Part shown: in pieces, positions 20,937 to 30,402 of the stretch
Numbering within the stretch: position 1 is the first letter of the stretch
Layout of the letters: every line of letters starts with the position of its first letter
DNA from: Deltaproteobacteria bacterium
GTDB taxonomy: Bacteria; Desulfobacterota; Desulfomonilia; UBA1062
Assembly (NCBI GenBank): GCA_015486075.1
Contig: WFSG01000012.1
Coordinates: 21,096 to 85,095 of the forward strand
Reading direction: 5' to 3'
DNA: 64,000 nucleotides
The notes under the pieces: model-generated
Told to the model about the DNA's origin: nothing
The model's database searches: none
The model's input: only the letters and a program-made list of their open reading frames with translations
Position numbers and translations under genes: made by a program

Positions 20937-21980
20937 ATGTTTATTACAGAGTACACGGATACAGTTGAACAATCAGGAGAATACCTGAGGCTTGCCCTTG
21001 ATTACATGGGACAGTTTAGTATACCGGTTGACCCTATCAATTACACGGTATGGTACGAGTACGTCTCGGGCAGGAACGAGAGTTTAAAGGGGGAGATAGA
21101 CAGATTCCTAAAGCATCCCGAGAGGTTTACGGTCAAGGTATGCAAGGAACTTTTCAGGCGCTATATTGCAGAAGGTCAGGGCGTGGCCGTGGAAGAGATG
21201 CGTCAGGAAATCAGGAGAATCATAGCTGAGATACTTAAGCACATAATGGATGCCGGTGGAGAGGTGTCGCGCTACGGGGAGGTCCTGGAGACATATGCAG
21301 ATGAACTCGTGGACAACCTTGATGCTGATGAGATACGTAACATCGTGGATAGGATAATACTTGAGACAAAGTCCATGGAAGAATCGGGCGAGGTCCTGAA
21401 AAAGCGCCTTATGGCCACGACTCAGGAGGTTGAGGCACTGAGGAAAGACCTGGAGAAGGTGAGAAAGGAGGCTACCACGGACACGCTAACAGGCCTTGCA
21501 AACAGGAGATACTTTGAAGAGGTCCTGGAAAGAGAGGCGAACGAGGCATCAGGATCGGGTAAAGACCTCTGCCTTATCATGGCTGACATAGACAATTTCA
21601 AACACGTAAACGACACCTATGGACATCTGGTTGGAGACAAGGTGCTGAAGGTAACCGCGTCCATGATAAAAGATTCCGTCAAGGGCAGGGATTTTGTTGC
21701 GCGCTATGGGGGAGAGGAGTTTGTAATAGTACTATCTGATACCCCAATCCAGGGTGCGAAGATAGTTGCTGACAAGATGCGTGAATATTTTGAATCCACC
21801 AGGATGAAGAGAAAGGATACCGGTGAATTCATAGGTAAAGTTACCCTATCCTTCGGCGTCGCCAGATACAGGCATGGTGAGTCTGTGGATGAACTTATTC
21901 AAAGGGCAGATAGGGCCCTGTATGTTTCGAAGAACAGGGGTCGTAACTGCGTTACAACAGAGGATGCACTGCTCAGCTAA
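20937..21980 (+). CDS. diguanylate cyclase (GGDEF) with an N-terminal sensory domain
   Basis: LTGLANRR...ADIDNFKHVNDTYGH...RYGGEEF is a GGEEF active site. ATG at 20937 follows GGAGG. ATG at 20901 is an alternative start. Confidence 0.8.
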   Translation: MFITEYTDTVEQSGEYLRLALDYMGQFSIPVDPINYTVWYEYVSGRNESLKGEIDRFLKHPERFTVKVCKELFRRYIAEGQGVAVEEMRQEIRRIIAEILKHIMDAGGEVSRYGEVLETYADELVDNLDADEIRNIVDRIILETKSMEESGEVLKKRLMATTQEVEALRKDLEKVRKEATTDTLTGLANRRYFEEVLEREANEASGSGKDLCLIMADIDNFKHVNDTYGHLVGDKVLKVTASMIKDSVKGRDFVARYGGEEFVIVLSDTPIQGAKIVADKMREYFESTRMKRKDTGEFIGKVTLSFGVARYRHGESVDELIQRADRALYVSKNRGRNCVTTEDALLS

Positions 21981-22077
21981 TCTACATTGGCTTGCCTTAC
22001 AGTAACCCGGGGACATCCATTCAACCTTGACTGGGCTCAGGATCCAGTGGTACTTAGCTTTTCCATGGTGATGTTCC

Positions 22078-22428
22078 ATGCATGAGCTCCCTGTGACCGA
22101 GAGCATATTAAATGTAGTACTGAAGCATGCAAGGGCCAATGGCGTTAAAAAGGTTGTGGCAATACACCTCGAGATAGGGGAGTTGAGTGACTTGGAAAAC
22201 GAGTGGATACAGAGATACTTCGATTATCTTAGCAAGAATACCCTTGCAGAGGGCGCCAAGCTCAAGATAAAGAGGACCCCTGTTGTAATGGAGTGCAGAT
22301 CGTGTGAGACAAGATTCAAGGTGAACATAAAGGACATGTTCGAGATAAAGTGTCCCAAGTGCGGTTCTTCTGACTGCACTATGGTCTCCGGTAAGGAATA
22401 CTACATAAAGAGCATGGAGGCAGTATGA
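22078..22428 (+). CDS. hypA: hydrogenase nickel-insertion protein HypA
   Basis: MHELPVTESIL N-terminus and C-terminal CxxC...CxxC zinc site (CRSCE...CPKCGS). Confidence 0.85.
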   Translation: MHELPVTESILNVVLKHARANGVKKVVAIHLEIGELSDLENEWIQRYFDYLSKNTLAEGAKLKIKRTPVVMECRSCETRFKVNIKDMFEIKCPKCGSSDCTMVSGKEYYIKSMEAV

Positions 22429-23096
22429 TGGATGACATAAAACTTATAGAGGTGAAGGAGGAGATATTCTCTGATAACAAGCAGTTGGCAGACGGGCTCA
22501 GGCAAAGGCTCGCAAGGAACAAGACCTACCTTCTAAACGTAATGGCATCACCGGGTGCGGGCAAGACAAGCCTTATACTAAGGACCATAGACCTACTTAA
22601 GGATGACTTTAGTATAGGGGTAATCGAGGCTGACATAGATTCCATGGTAGACTCCAAGAAGGTTGCAACCCACGGTGTGAAAGCCGTGCAGATAAGGACA
22701 GGTGGCTTCTGCCACCTGGATGCGGCCATGGTTACAAAGGGTCTTGATGCAATGGATCTCGGGGGCCTAGATCTCATAATAATAGAAAACGTGGGCAACC
22801 TTGTTTGCCCCGCGGAATTTGATACCGGAGCAGTAAAGAATACCATGATACTAAGCGTACCAGAGGGTGACGACAAGCCTCTCAAATACCCCCTTATGTT
22901 CACTGTATCCCAGGCACTTATTGTAAACAAAGTTGACTACCTTAAGACAGAGGATTTTGACATGGAAGCGCTGAAGAATAGGGCACTGGGCCTGAATCCA
23001 GGACTTGATATCTTTGAGGTCTCGTGCAAGACAGGCCAGGGCATAGATAAATGGGTAGATTGGCTCCGTAAGGAGGTTAAGGCCTTTGTCACATAA
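22425..23096 (+). CDS. hypB: hydrogenase nickel-incorporation GTPase HypB
   Basis: P-loop MASPGAGKTSL, CH nickel-site motif (GGFCHLDA), ENVGNLVCP and NKVD GTPase motifs. Overlaps the hypA stop. Confidence 0.85.
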   Translation: MMDDIKLIEVKEEIFSDNKQLADGLRQRLARNKTYLLNVMASPGAGKTSLILRTIDLLKDDFSIGVIEADIDSMVDSKKVATHGVKAVQIRTGGFCHLDAAMVTKGLDAMDLGGLDLIIIENVGNLVCPAEFDTGAVKNTMILSVPEGDDKPLKYPLMFTVSQALIVNKVDYLKTEDFDMEALKNRALGLNPGLDIFEVSCKTGQGIDKWVDWLRKEVKAFVT

Positions 23097-23164
23097 AATT
23101 CTGCGTCTGTTGAGTACCTGTCGACACGTGTCCCACATACCAAGAAGAATGACATGCACTCTTG

Positions 23165-24622
23165 TCACGCCTCTTGGTCTATCGTTATCTCACCACGCTT
23201 CAAGCTATTATCGATATCAATGTTTAAAATGGCTGAGAATTCATTCTCAAGCCGTTCAACGTACTCTCTCTGGCGGTTCAATATATAAAGTGCCACATCA
23301 AGGGGCAGCTTGATATTCACGCTTTTTGATTTCTTCTTGTTTATAGTGTAGCGTATGTCTCTCAAAGCCATGAATGCAGCTGTCTCGACCGAGAGTATCA
23401 TGCCTGTTCCACCGCATAGGGGACAGGTTATGTGGCTCTTTTCCATGAGCGGTGGTGATAGTCTCTGCCTTGACAGCTCTAGTATACCGAACCTGGATAT
23501 CTTTCCAACCAGCACGTGAGCCCTATCGTTCTTCATGCCATCCTTCATGGCCTTCTCAACCGTGCGTATATTTTCCTTGCTGCGCATGTCTATGAAGTCG
23601 ACGGCTATGAGGCCACCCAGGTCCCTGAGTGCCAGCTGTCTTGATATTTCTGCGGCAGCCTCGAGGTTAGTCTTCAGGGCAGTCTCCTCTATGTCTCTAG
23701 ATTCGGTCAGTTGACCAGAGTTTACGTCTATGGTTACCATTGCCTCGGTAGGTTCTATCACTATTGAGCCACCTGACTTCAGCCTGACATCCCTGTTGTA
23801 TATCTGCCTTATCTGCTTCTCCAGGTCATACTTTGCGAATAAGGGCCGTGATTCCCTGTAAAGCTTTATGATCCTCTGGTATCTTGGCATGACCGACTTC
23901 ATGAAGAGCTTGGCCTTGGCAAAGGTCTCCTCGTCATCTATCAATATTTCCTTTATGTCAGGTGTAAAGTAATCCCTTATGGAGCGTGTTACTATGTCAC
24001 TTTCTTGGTATATCAGGCTCGGGACGGTTGCATCCCTTATCTCTTTCTCAATCTTGTTCCAAAGTCTAAGTAGGAAATTAAGATCTCTTAAAAGGATTGT
24101 TTTTGTTTTTCCCATTCCGGCTGTTCTAACTATGATGCCCATATTTTCGGGGACCTCAAGGCTGGTTATGATTTCTTTGATCCTTTTTCTCTGGCTTTCG
24201 TCTTCTATTTTCCTGGAGATGCCAGAGAGGTTGTGATCTGGCAACAGTACCATGTAGCGCCCGGGTATGGACAGATTCATGGTGAGCTGTGCGCCCTTTG
24301 ACCCGCTTTCCTCTCTGGTAACCTGTACAGGTATCTCCATGCCTTTTTTTATGTACCTTTTCCAGTTTTCAGTTTCCTTGAGACCCTCTATCATGGCTGG
24401 GTTCATGTCATTTATTGCCAGGAAACCATTCTTCTGCCTTCCGAAGTCAACAAAAACCGCATGCAGGGCCGGTTCCTTCCTTGCTATCCTTCCCTTGTAT
24501 ATGTTGCCCCTTAAGTATTCCTTTGTGGGGCTCTGTATGTTCAGTCCTTTGAGTATGCCATCTTCTACTACTGCCACCCTTATCTCCTCGGGATGGATAG
24601 CGTTTATCAGCATCTTTCTCAT
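23165..24622 (-). CDS. rng: ribonuclease G / RNase E-G family
   Basis: S1 domain N-terminus (GNIYKGRI...AVFVDFG), DNase-I-like catalytic region and zinc link CPLCGGTG. Confidence 0.8.
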   Translation of the reverse strand: MRKMLINAIHPEEIRVAVVEDGILKGLNIQSPTKEYLRGNIYKGRIARKEPALHAVFVDFGRQKNGFLAINDMNPAMIEGLKETENWKRYIKKGMEIPVQVTREESGSKGAQLTMNLSIPGRYMVLLPDHNLSGISRKIEDESQRKRIKEIITSLEVPENMGIIVRTAGMGKTKTILLRDLNFLLRLWNKIEKEIRDATVPSLIYQESDIVTRSIRDYFTPDIKEILIDDEETFAKAKLFMKSVMPRYQRIIKLYRESRPLFAKYDLEKQIRQIYNRDVRLKSGGSIVIEPTEAMVTIDVNSGQLTESRDIEETALKTNLEAAAEISRQLALRDLGGLIAVDFIDMRSKENIRTVEKAMKDGMKNDRAHVLVGKISRFGILELSRQRLSPPLMEKSHITCPLCGGTGMILSVETAAFMALRDIRYTINKKKSKSVNIKLPLDVALYILNRQREYVERLENEFSAILNIDIDNSLKRGEITIDQEA

Positions 24623-24661
24623 ATGGTTTTTTCCTTTCTGTTTGCTTAAATTTTTTTACAT

Positions 24662-25264
24662 TTATTCTATCAGTGGGATCTTGCCGAGTCCCTCCCTTAT
24701 AATCTCCACGCTGTCGTCCTCCATGGAAATTACCGTTGAAGGCGCATCTGGTAGTATGCCTCCGTCCACTATCACATCTACCATGTGCCCCAGGTAGCGT
24801 TCTATCTCAAGCGGGTCGATATGGGACTCTACCTTTACTATGGGTATTGTGGTTGTTATGACTGGTTCTCCCAGTTCTGATACAAGAGTGGTACAGAACC
24901 AGTGATCAGGTATCCTTATTCCTATGGATTTCCTTTTTGACTGCAAGAGCCTTGGCACCTCTCTGGTGGCAGGTAATACTATTGTATACGGTCCTGGAAG
25001 GAGGTTACGTATCACCCTGTAGGCCATGTTGGATACCTTGGCATAGTGGCTTATGGACTTAAGGTCTGAGAGCATGATGCTTTTTGGCTTCTTGCTCTTC
25101 TTTATAGCGTTGATCTTCCCTATACCCTTTATGTTCGATATGCTGCAGCCTAGGCCGTAGACCGTATCAGTAGGATATACAATGATTCCACCTGAAGATA
25201 ATATATCTGCTACTTTTTTAGCTGTCCTGGGCTTGGGCTTTAATGGGTCAATGATAATGCGCAA
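24662..25264 (-). CDS. tsaC: L-threonylcarbamoyladenylate synthase (YrdC/Sua5 family)
   Basis: The YrdC fold signature GGIIVYPTDTVYGLGC is present. 200 aa. Confidence 0.75.
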   Translation of the reverse strand: MRIIIDPLKPKPRTAKKVADILSSGGIIVYPTDTVYGLGCSISNIKGIGKINAIKKSKKPKSIMLSDLKSISHYAKVSNMAYRVIRNLLPGPYTIVLPATREVPRLLQSKRKSIGIRIPDHWFCTTLVSELGEPVITTTIPIVKVESHIDPLEIERYLGHMVDVIVDGGILPDAPSTVISMEDDSVEIIREGLGKIPLIE

Positions 25265-26027
25265 GCGTGTTCTCCTTCAGGCACAAACTTTTACCGTCTA
25301 TGTTCCCAAGAGATGCGAATACGGAATATCTGAGGCTTGGTATATCCTTCTCCATGGTTTCCAGATATTGCCTCACCAGTTCCCTCTTGCTGTCCGGCCT
25401 TAAGGGACAGTTGATTTTGACTGCATCTACGTTCATGAACGAGTAGTAAGACTGTACAAGCTCCTTCGTGCAGTAGGCTAAGGGCCTTATTACACGATTT
25501 CTACCATCGTTTGACACCCTGGAAGGAGCCATGGCACCGATTTGGCCGGTGTATAGTATCCTTAAGAAGAATGTCTCCACTATGTCATCCATGTGGTGGC
25601 CCAGTGCAATGGACGAGATACCCATGCTGGATGCAATATGATACAGCACTCCCCTTCTCAGCCTTGAGCACAGGCCACAGGGACTTTTTGACGGGTTTGA
25701 TGACTGTTCGAGTATACGTGATATATGTGTCTGTACAACTTTAATATCAAGCCCTAGGCTGATCCTGGACCACGATGCTATCCCATCGAAACCCGACTCA
25801 AAACCCGTATCCAGATGCACGGGGATTATCTCGAATTGCACAGGAGATGCTACCTTCAAGTCGTGCAGAAGCTTGAGTAATACAATGGAATCTACACCCC
25901 CTGATACTGCAACTAGTACCTTGTCTCCAGGGTGTATCATCATGTAGTCCTTTATGGCAGTACCAACTTTTTTCCTGATCTTCTTTTCGATGAAACGTCT
26001 CTTGCTATGGCTCACAGGCCAATTCAT
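25248..26027 (-). CDS. ttcA: PP-loop ATPase, tRNA 2-thiocytidine synthetase TtcA-like
   Basis: SGGVDS PP-loop plus CGLCSRLRRG and a second Cys pair typical of TtcA. Overlaps tsaC. Confidence 0.7.
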   Translation of the reverse strand: MNWPVSHSKRRFIEKKIRKKVGTAIKDYMMIHPGDKVLVAVSGGVDSIVLLKLLHDLKVASPVQFEIIPVHLDTGFESGFDGIASWSRISLGLDIKVVQTHISRILEQSSNPSKSPCGLCSRLRRGVLYHIASSMGISSIALGHHMDDIVETFFLRILYTGQIGAMAPSRVSNDGRNRVIRPLAYCTKELVQSYYSFMNVDAVKINCPLRPDSKRELVRQYLETMEKDIPSLRYSVFASLGNIDGKSLCLKENTLAHYH

Positions 26028-26089
26028 AACATAATTGCATAGGTCTGTACTATATCAAAAATACAGCCATCCAGGGGCAATATTACTGG

Positions 26090-27019
26090 TTACTGCTGAT
26101 TGTATTTTTTGATCCATTCTTTGGCCATGATCCCTGCTTCTTTCATGTCAACGAAGGTACATCTGGGGCTGTTGGCCCTGAACCAGGTGATCTGCCTCTT
26201 TGCAAAGTGCCTTGTGTCACGTTGTATCAGCTGTATCATCCTGTCCAGGGAGACCTTTGAGTGCATGTATGATATGACGTGTCTGTAAGTGAAATTCTTG
26301 AGCGAAGGCAACTCTGGCGAGTATCCCATGTCTAAGACCCTCTCAGTCTCCCTCACTAGGCCCTTGTCTACCATTGAGGCCACCCTGCTATTTATATTGT
26401 TGTAGAGAGTGTCCCTGTCAGGGACAATACAGACAATGTGGGCTGGAATTACTGGCCTGGAAAATGAGTGAGGCGCGTGTATGTCAGATGGTCTTTTGCC
26501 CGTTATAAATATGATCTCTAATGCCCTCGCTATCTTTGAACGATCGCCTTGAGTTATGCTTGATGCATACGAGGGGTCCATCCTTTTTAACATGTTGTAC
26601 ATGTATTCTTTGCCCCGCTTTTGGATTATCTTACTAAGAAAATACCTTATGTCTTTCGATGGCTTTGGGACATTGCTCAGTCCGTAAACGAGGGCCTTTA
26701 TGTAAAGGCCTGTACCTCCAACCACCAATGGTATATGCGAGATGGATTCTACGTCTACAAGCGCCTTCTTTGCCTCTTGTACAAACATGCCTGCATTAAA
26801 TTCCTGGTCAGGGTCCACAATGTCTACAAGGTGGTGTTTTAGAAAGGCTCTTTCATGCAGGCTTGGTTTTGCCGTGCCTATGTCTAGGTGCCTGTAAACC
26901 TGCATGGAATCTGCTGATATCACCTCGATAGGGTAATCTTTTGCAAGCTTAAAGGCAAGGCGGGTCTTTCCCGAGCACGTAGGTCCGGTGATTATAATCA
27001 GGGGCGTCTTGCTAGCCAT
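26090..27019 (-). CDS. miaA: tRNA dimethylallyltransferase
   Basis: P-loop GPTCSGKT followed by ISADSMQVYR..DIGTAKP. Confidence 0.9.
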   Translation of the reverse strand: MASKTPLIIITGPTCSGKTRLAFKLAKDYPIEVISADSMQVYRHLDIGTAKPSLHERAFLKHHLVDIVDPDQEFNAGMFVQEAKKALVDVESISHIPLVVGGTGLYIKALVYGLSNVPKPSKDIRYFLSKIIQKRGKEYMYNMLKRMDPSYASSITQGDRSKIARALEIIFITGKRPSDIHAPHSFSRPVIPAHIVCIVPDRDTLYNNINSRVASMVDKGLVRETERVLDMGYSPELPSLKNFTYRHVISYMHSKVSLDRMIQLIQRDTRHFAKRQITWFRANSPRCTFVDMKEAGIMAKEWIKKYNQQ

Positions 27020-28710
27020 CTTTCTATTTCCTCAATGCCTATCTTCTTGTACAATGGCCTGCCATGCGGACAGGACCTGGGGGAACCTACTTCGTCGAGA
27101 TCCTCAAGGAGCGCTATTATCTGTGTCTCGTCAAGCTTTTTACCCGCGGTTATACTGCGGTGACATGCAATGGTAGCGATTATATCATCCAGATGATCCA
27201 CGGTATCATGGGTTCCATCCATTACCTTGTTTATTATGTCCAGGATAATGGAGTTTACATCTGCGGAGGAGAGCATGCTAGGTATAGCCCTTACTGCTAT
27301 TGTTGTGCCACCAAAAGGCTCAAGCTCAATGCCTGCCCTTAATACTAGGGGCATGATTTTCTCAATTACTCTGTATTCATCTGGTCCCAATTCTATGAGC
27401 ACTGGTTCTATAAGCAGCTGCGATTCTGGGGAGCCTGACGAGATGGCCGTCTTGAGCCTTTCGTAGTTTACCCTTTCATGGGATGCATGCTGGTCAAGTA
27501 TGTACAAGGCATCTCTGTCCTGGAGAAGTATGTAAGTGGAATGAAGCACACCTATAACCTTCTTAGAGGAGTAGAATCCACCGGCCACACCTGTTAGCCT
27601 TGACTGCCTTGGCCAGGTCTTATGTAGCTTACCCATTCCGTAGGTGACCATTGGCTCGGATACTTCGGTTGCAGAATAGGTTGGTTCATCCTGCGGGTTA
27701 AGCTCCCTAGGCCTGTCCCATGGGTAGTCTGCAAGCGTTTTCTTTATGGTCGATGCCACCATGCCAAATACCGCCGAAGGATTCCTGAACCTTATCTGGG
27801 TCTTGGTGGGATGCACGTTTACATCTACCTCTGAAGGATCAATATCCACGAAGAGTACGATGCATGGGTATCTTTTCTTTACGAGATGTCCCCTGAAACC
27901 TTCCATGATGGCACTCGTAAGCACGCGATCTTTGACGTGACGGCCATTTACAAAAGTGTACATGTAAACCCTTGTAGCGCGTGCCATGTCAGGAGAGGCA
28001 ACTATGGCCCTCAAGCTTATACCTGCACGTTTCACGTGCACGAGGTGCAGTCTTTTTCTGAATGCACTACCAAGTACGGCCGTTGCCCTTGCAAGATGTT
28101 CTTTTTCGGGTAAAAGCTTCAATATATCCCTGCCCTTGGCCTTCAAGCTGAACCTTATGCCTGGGTAGCACAGGGCATAGGTCGAGATTACCTCTATAAC
28201 CTTTCTCTGTTCAGTTGCCGGTGTCTTGAGGAATTTCTTTCTTGCTGGTGTATTGAAGAAAAGATCATTTACCTCTACTATCGTGCCCCTTGGCTGTGCC
28301 GCTGCCCCGGTTTCTACTATGTCACCAGCCTCTGTACGTATAAAGCAACCAGCGCTTGCACCATCAATCCTCGTGGATATCCTGGTCCTGCTTACGGACA
28401 CAATGCTTGATAGTGCCTCTCCCCTGAAACCTAGCGTTGAGATGGATGCAAGTTCGTTCGACGACTGTATCTTACTAGTGGTATGGCTGAGTACAGATAG
28501 CCTAAGGTCATCCTCTTCCATCCCGCAGCCATTGTCAGATATGCGTATGTAGGCTTCTGGGGTGCTCCCTATTTCCACCGATATCTCGTCTGCGCCGGCA
28601 TCTATTGCATTCTCCAAAAGTTCCTTTACCACGGATGCAGGTCTCTCTATTACCTCGCCTGCTGCAATGTGCTCTATGGTCTCCCTTGATAAGATCCTTA
28701 TCCTTGCCAA
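26998..28710 (-). CDS. mutL: DNA mismatch repair protein MutL
   Basis: GHKL ATPase N-terminus IAAGEVIERPASVVKELLENAIDAGA and a C-terminal dimerisation domain. The order mutL then miaA is the classic one. Confidence 0.9.
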   Translation of the reverse strand: MARIRILSRETIEHIAAGEVIERPASVVKELLENAIDAGADEISVEIGSTPEAYIRISDNGCGMEEDDLRLSVLSHTTSKIQSSNELASISTLGFRGEALSSIVSVSRTRISTRIDGASAGCFIRTEAGDIVETGAAAQPRGTIVEVNDLFFNTPARKKFLKTPATEQRKVIEVISTYALCYPGIRFSLKAKGRDILKLLPEKEHLARATAVLGSAFRKRLHLVHVKRAGISLRAIVASPDMARATRVYMYTFVNGRHVKDRVLTSAIMEGFRGHLVKKRYPCIVLFVDIDPSEVDVNVHPTKTQIRFRNPSAVFGMVASTIKKTLADYPWDRPRELNPQDEPTYSATEVSEPMVTYGMGKLHKTWPRQSRLTGVAGGFYSSKKVIGVLHSTYILLQDRDALYILDQHASHERVNYERLKTAISSGSPESQLLIEPVLIELGPDEYRVIEKIMPLVLRAGIELEPFGGTTIAVRAIPSMLSSADVNSIILDIINKVMDGTHDTVDHLDDIIATIACHRSITAGKKLDETQIIALLEDLDEVGSPRSCPHGRPLYKKIGIEEIERWLARRP

Positions 28711-28711
28711 T

Positions 28712-30091
28712 TTAGATCTCTATGTTCATCCCTGGTATGGTCTTGAGCTTACTTTCTATACTCTCACTCAGGTCTAGAAATCCATGTCTTCCCATGAGTG
28801 CAAAGGTAAACTTCTTGCCCAGCTCAACACCTGGCTGGTCAAAGGGGTTGATCTTTAGGATGTAGCCCATGAAGGCAGTTGCGGCCTCAAAGAACATGAA
28901 CAATGCACCTACGGTTTCCTCATCAATTGTATCTAGGGATATGTGCGTAGTCATCCTGCCAGCGTCTATCAAGGATGCAATGGTTGCCCTTGCCTCTGCC
29001 TTGATGAGGTCGGATACGGGTCTTGATGCTAGGTATGAAAACTCATCTATCCCGTCCAGCACATCGGGTATGATGGTATCAGCCCTGTACCGGTCAACAG
29101 TCATTATGTTTATTATCTTATCAAATGGTCCTTCCCTGTAGAGTTGAACCTGGGAATGTTGGTCTGTTGCGCCTAGCGCCTTTACCGGGGTCTGTCCGGT
29201 GAAAACCTCCCTGGAATCAATGGAATACCTCTTGCCAAGGCTCTCTGCCCATAGTTGTCTGTACCAGTCCGCGATGTCGTAGAGTGCATTTGAATATGGC
29301 ATGAGTACTGATACGTTTGCCCCTCTTTTTAGTGCCAGGAAATGTATGCAACAGTACAGATAGGCAGGGTTTTTAAATACATCATCCTGGGTGATGATAT
29401 CTCTCATCTTCTTTGCGCCCTCAAGCAAGAGTTTTGTATTGAGCCCGCACATAGCTGCCGGGAACAGGCCCACAGGTGTGAGCACACTGAACCTACCTCC
29501 TACTTCGGAAGGTATGGATAGAGCCCTGATGCCGAGCTCGTATGCCAATTGCCTTAATATCCCCCTTTCAGGGTCTGTGATGAACACGAGGTGGTCCTTG
29601 TAGGCATCCGAGAGCCTCTCTTTCATAAGCCCTAACGCAGTCATAAACTGGGATGCTGTTTCGGCGGTCGCACCTGACTTGCTTACAACAACGAAAAGGG
29701 TATCTTTAAGAGAGAGCATGCCAAAGAGTGAGGCCATGTATTCTGGATCAACGTTGTCCAGGAAGAACATCCTTGGGCTTGAGGTGTAATTGTGAAGCGG
29801 GTTTTTAAGTGCGGAAAAGATGGCCTTTGGGCCTAGCGACGAGCCGCCGATACCTATGTGTACTATGTCTTTGAAGTGGCCCATGAGACCGGATGCCATG
29901 GCATCTGTGTCTTCGACCATGCCGGACCTTTCAGGTAGATCATAAAAGATGACATCGCCCTTTTTCCTGGCGGCCATGAGTAATGCATGTGCTTTCTCAG
30001 TAAGAGGTCTTAGGGACTCTATATCCTCCCTTGTTATACCGGCCTGGCCTATGATCTCCTTTGTAGTTCCCGAGAAATCAAAACGTATCAT
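28712..30091 (-). CDS. pgi: glucose-6-phosphate isomerase
   Basis: Carries GIGGSSLGP, SKSGAT(A)ET and C-terminal PGI signatures. Confidence 0.85.
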   Translation of the reverse strand: MIRFDFSGTTKEIIGQAGITREDIESLRPLTEKAHALLMAARKKGDVIFYDLPERSGMVEDTDAMASGLMGHFKDIVHIGIGGSSLGPKAIFSALKNPLHNYTSSPRMFFLDNVDPEYMASLFGMLSLKDTLFVVVSKSGATAETASQFMTALGLMKERLSDAYKDHLVFITDPERGILRQLAYELGIRALSIPSEVGGRFSVLTPVGLFPAAMCGLNTKLLLEGAKKMRDIITQDDVFKNPAYLYCCIHFLALKRGANVSVLMPYSNALYDIADWYRQLWAESLGKRYSIDSREVFTGQTPVKALGATDQHSQVQLYREGPFDKIINIMTVDRYRADTIIPDVLDGIDEFSYLASRPVSDLIKAEARATIASLIDAGRMTTHISLDTIDEETVGALFMFFEAATAFMGYILKINPFDQPGVELGKKFTFALMGRHGFLDLSESIESKLKTIPGMNIEI

Positions 30092-30402
30092 ATTATCCCC
30101 CTGTGCTCAAGCTAGATATTATATCGTAACTATAGCTCCCATCTTCAGGCCAGGACATGTGTAAACTTTCATCCTTTCTTTGTGGACTTACCTTATGCAC
30201 GCTACCGTTGATCGTTTTTGCCCTGGGCCTTGAACCCTATACCACTGTACCTTGCATTCTATAACCCTATATTTATCCTATTCGACTGTCAACCAGTGTT
30301 CATACTTGGCCCGTGAGTTGAAGAATTACTTGACAATCGATAAGATGCTTGCTATTTTTATAAAGCTTAAAGTTCAACTTAAAGATAGGAGAGGATTCAC
30401 AC

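Noticed and set aside
30092-30402. CTTAAAG...CTTAAAG direct repeat upstream of the OYE-reductase gene, considered as a regulator site.
   Set aside because: Only two 7-bp copies in AT-rich promoter DNA. This is indistinguishable from chance.
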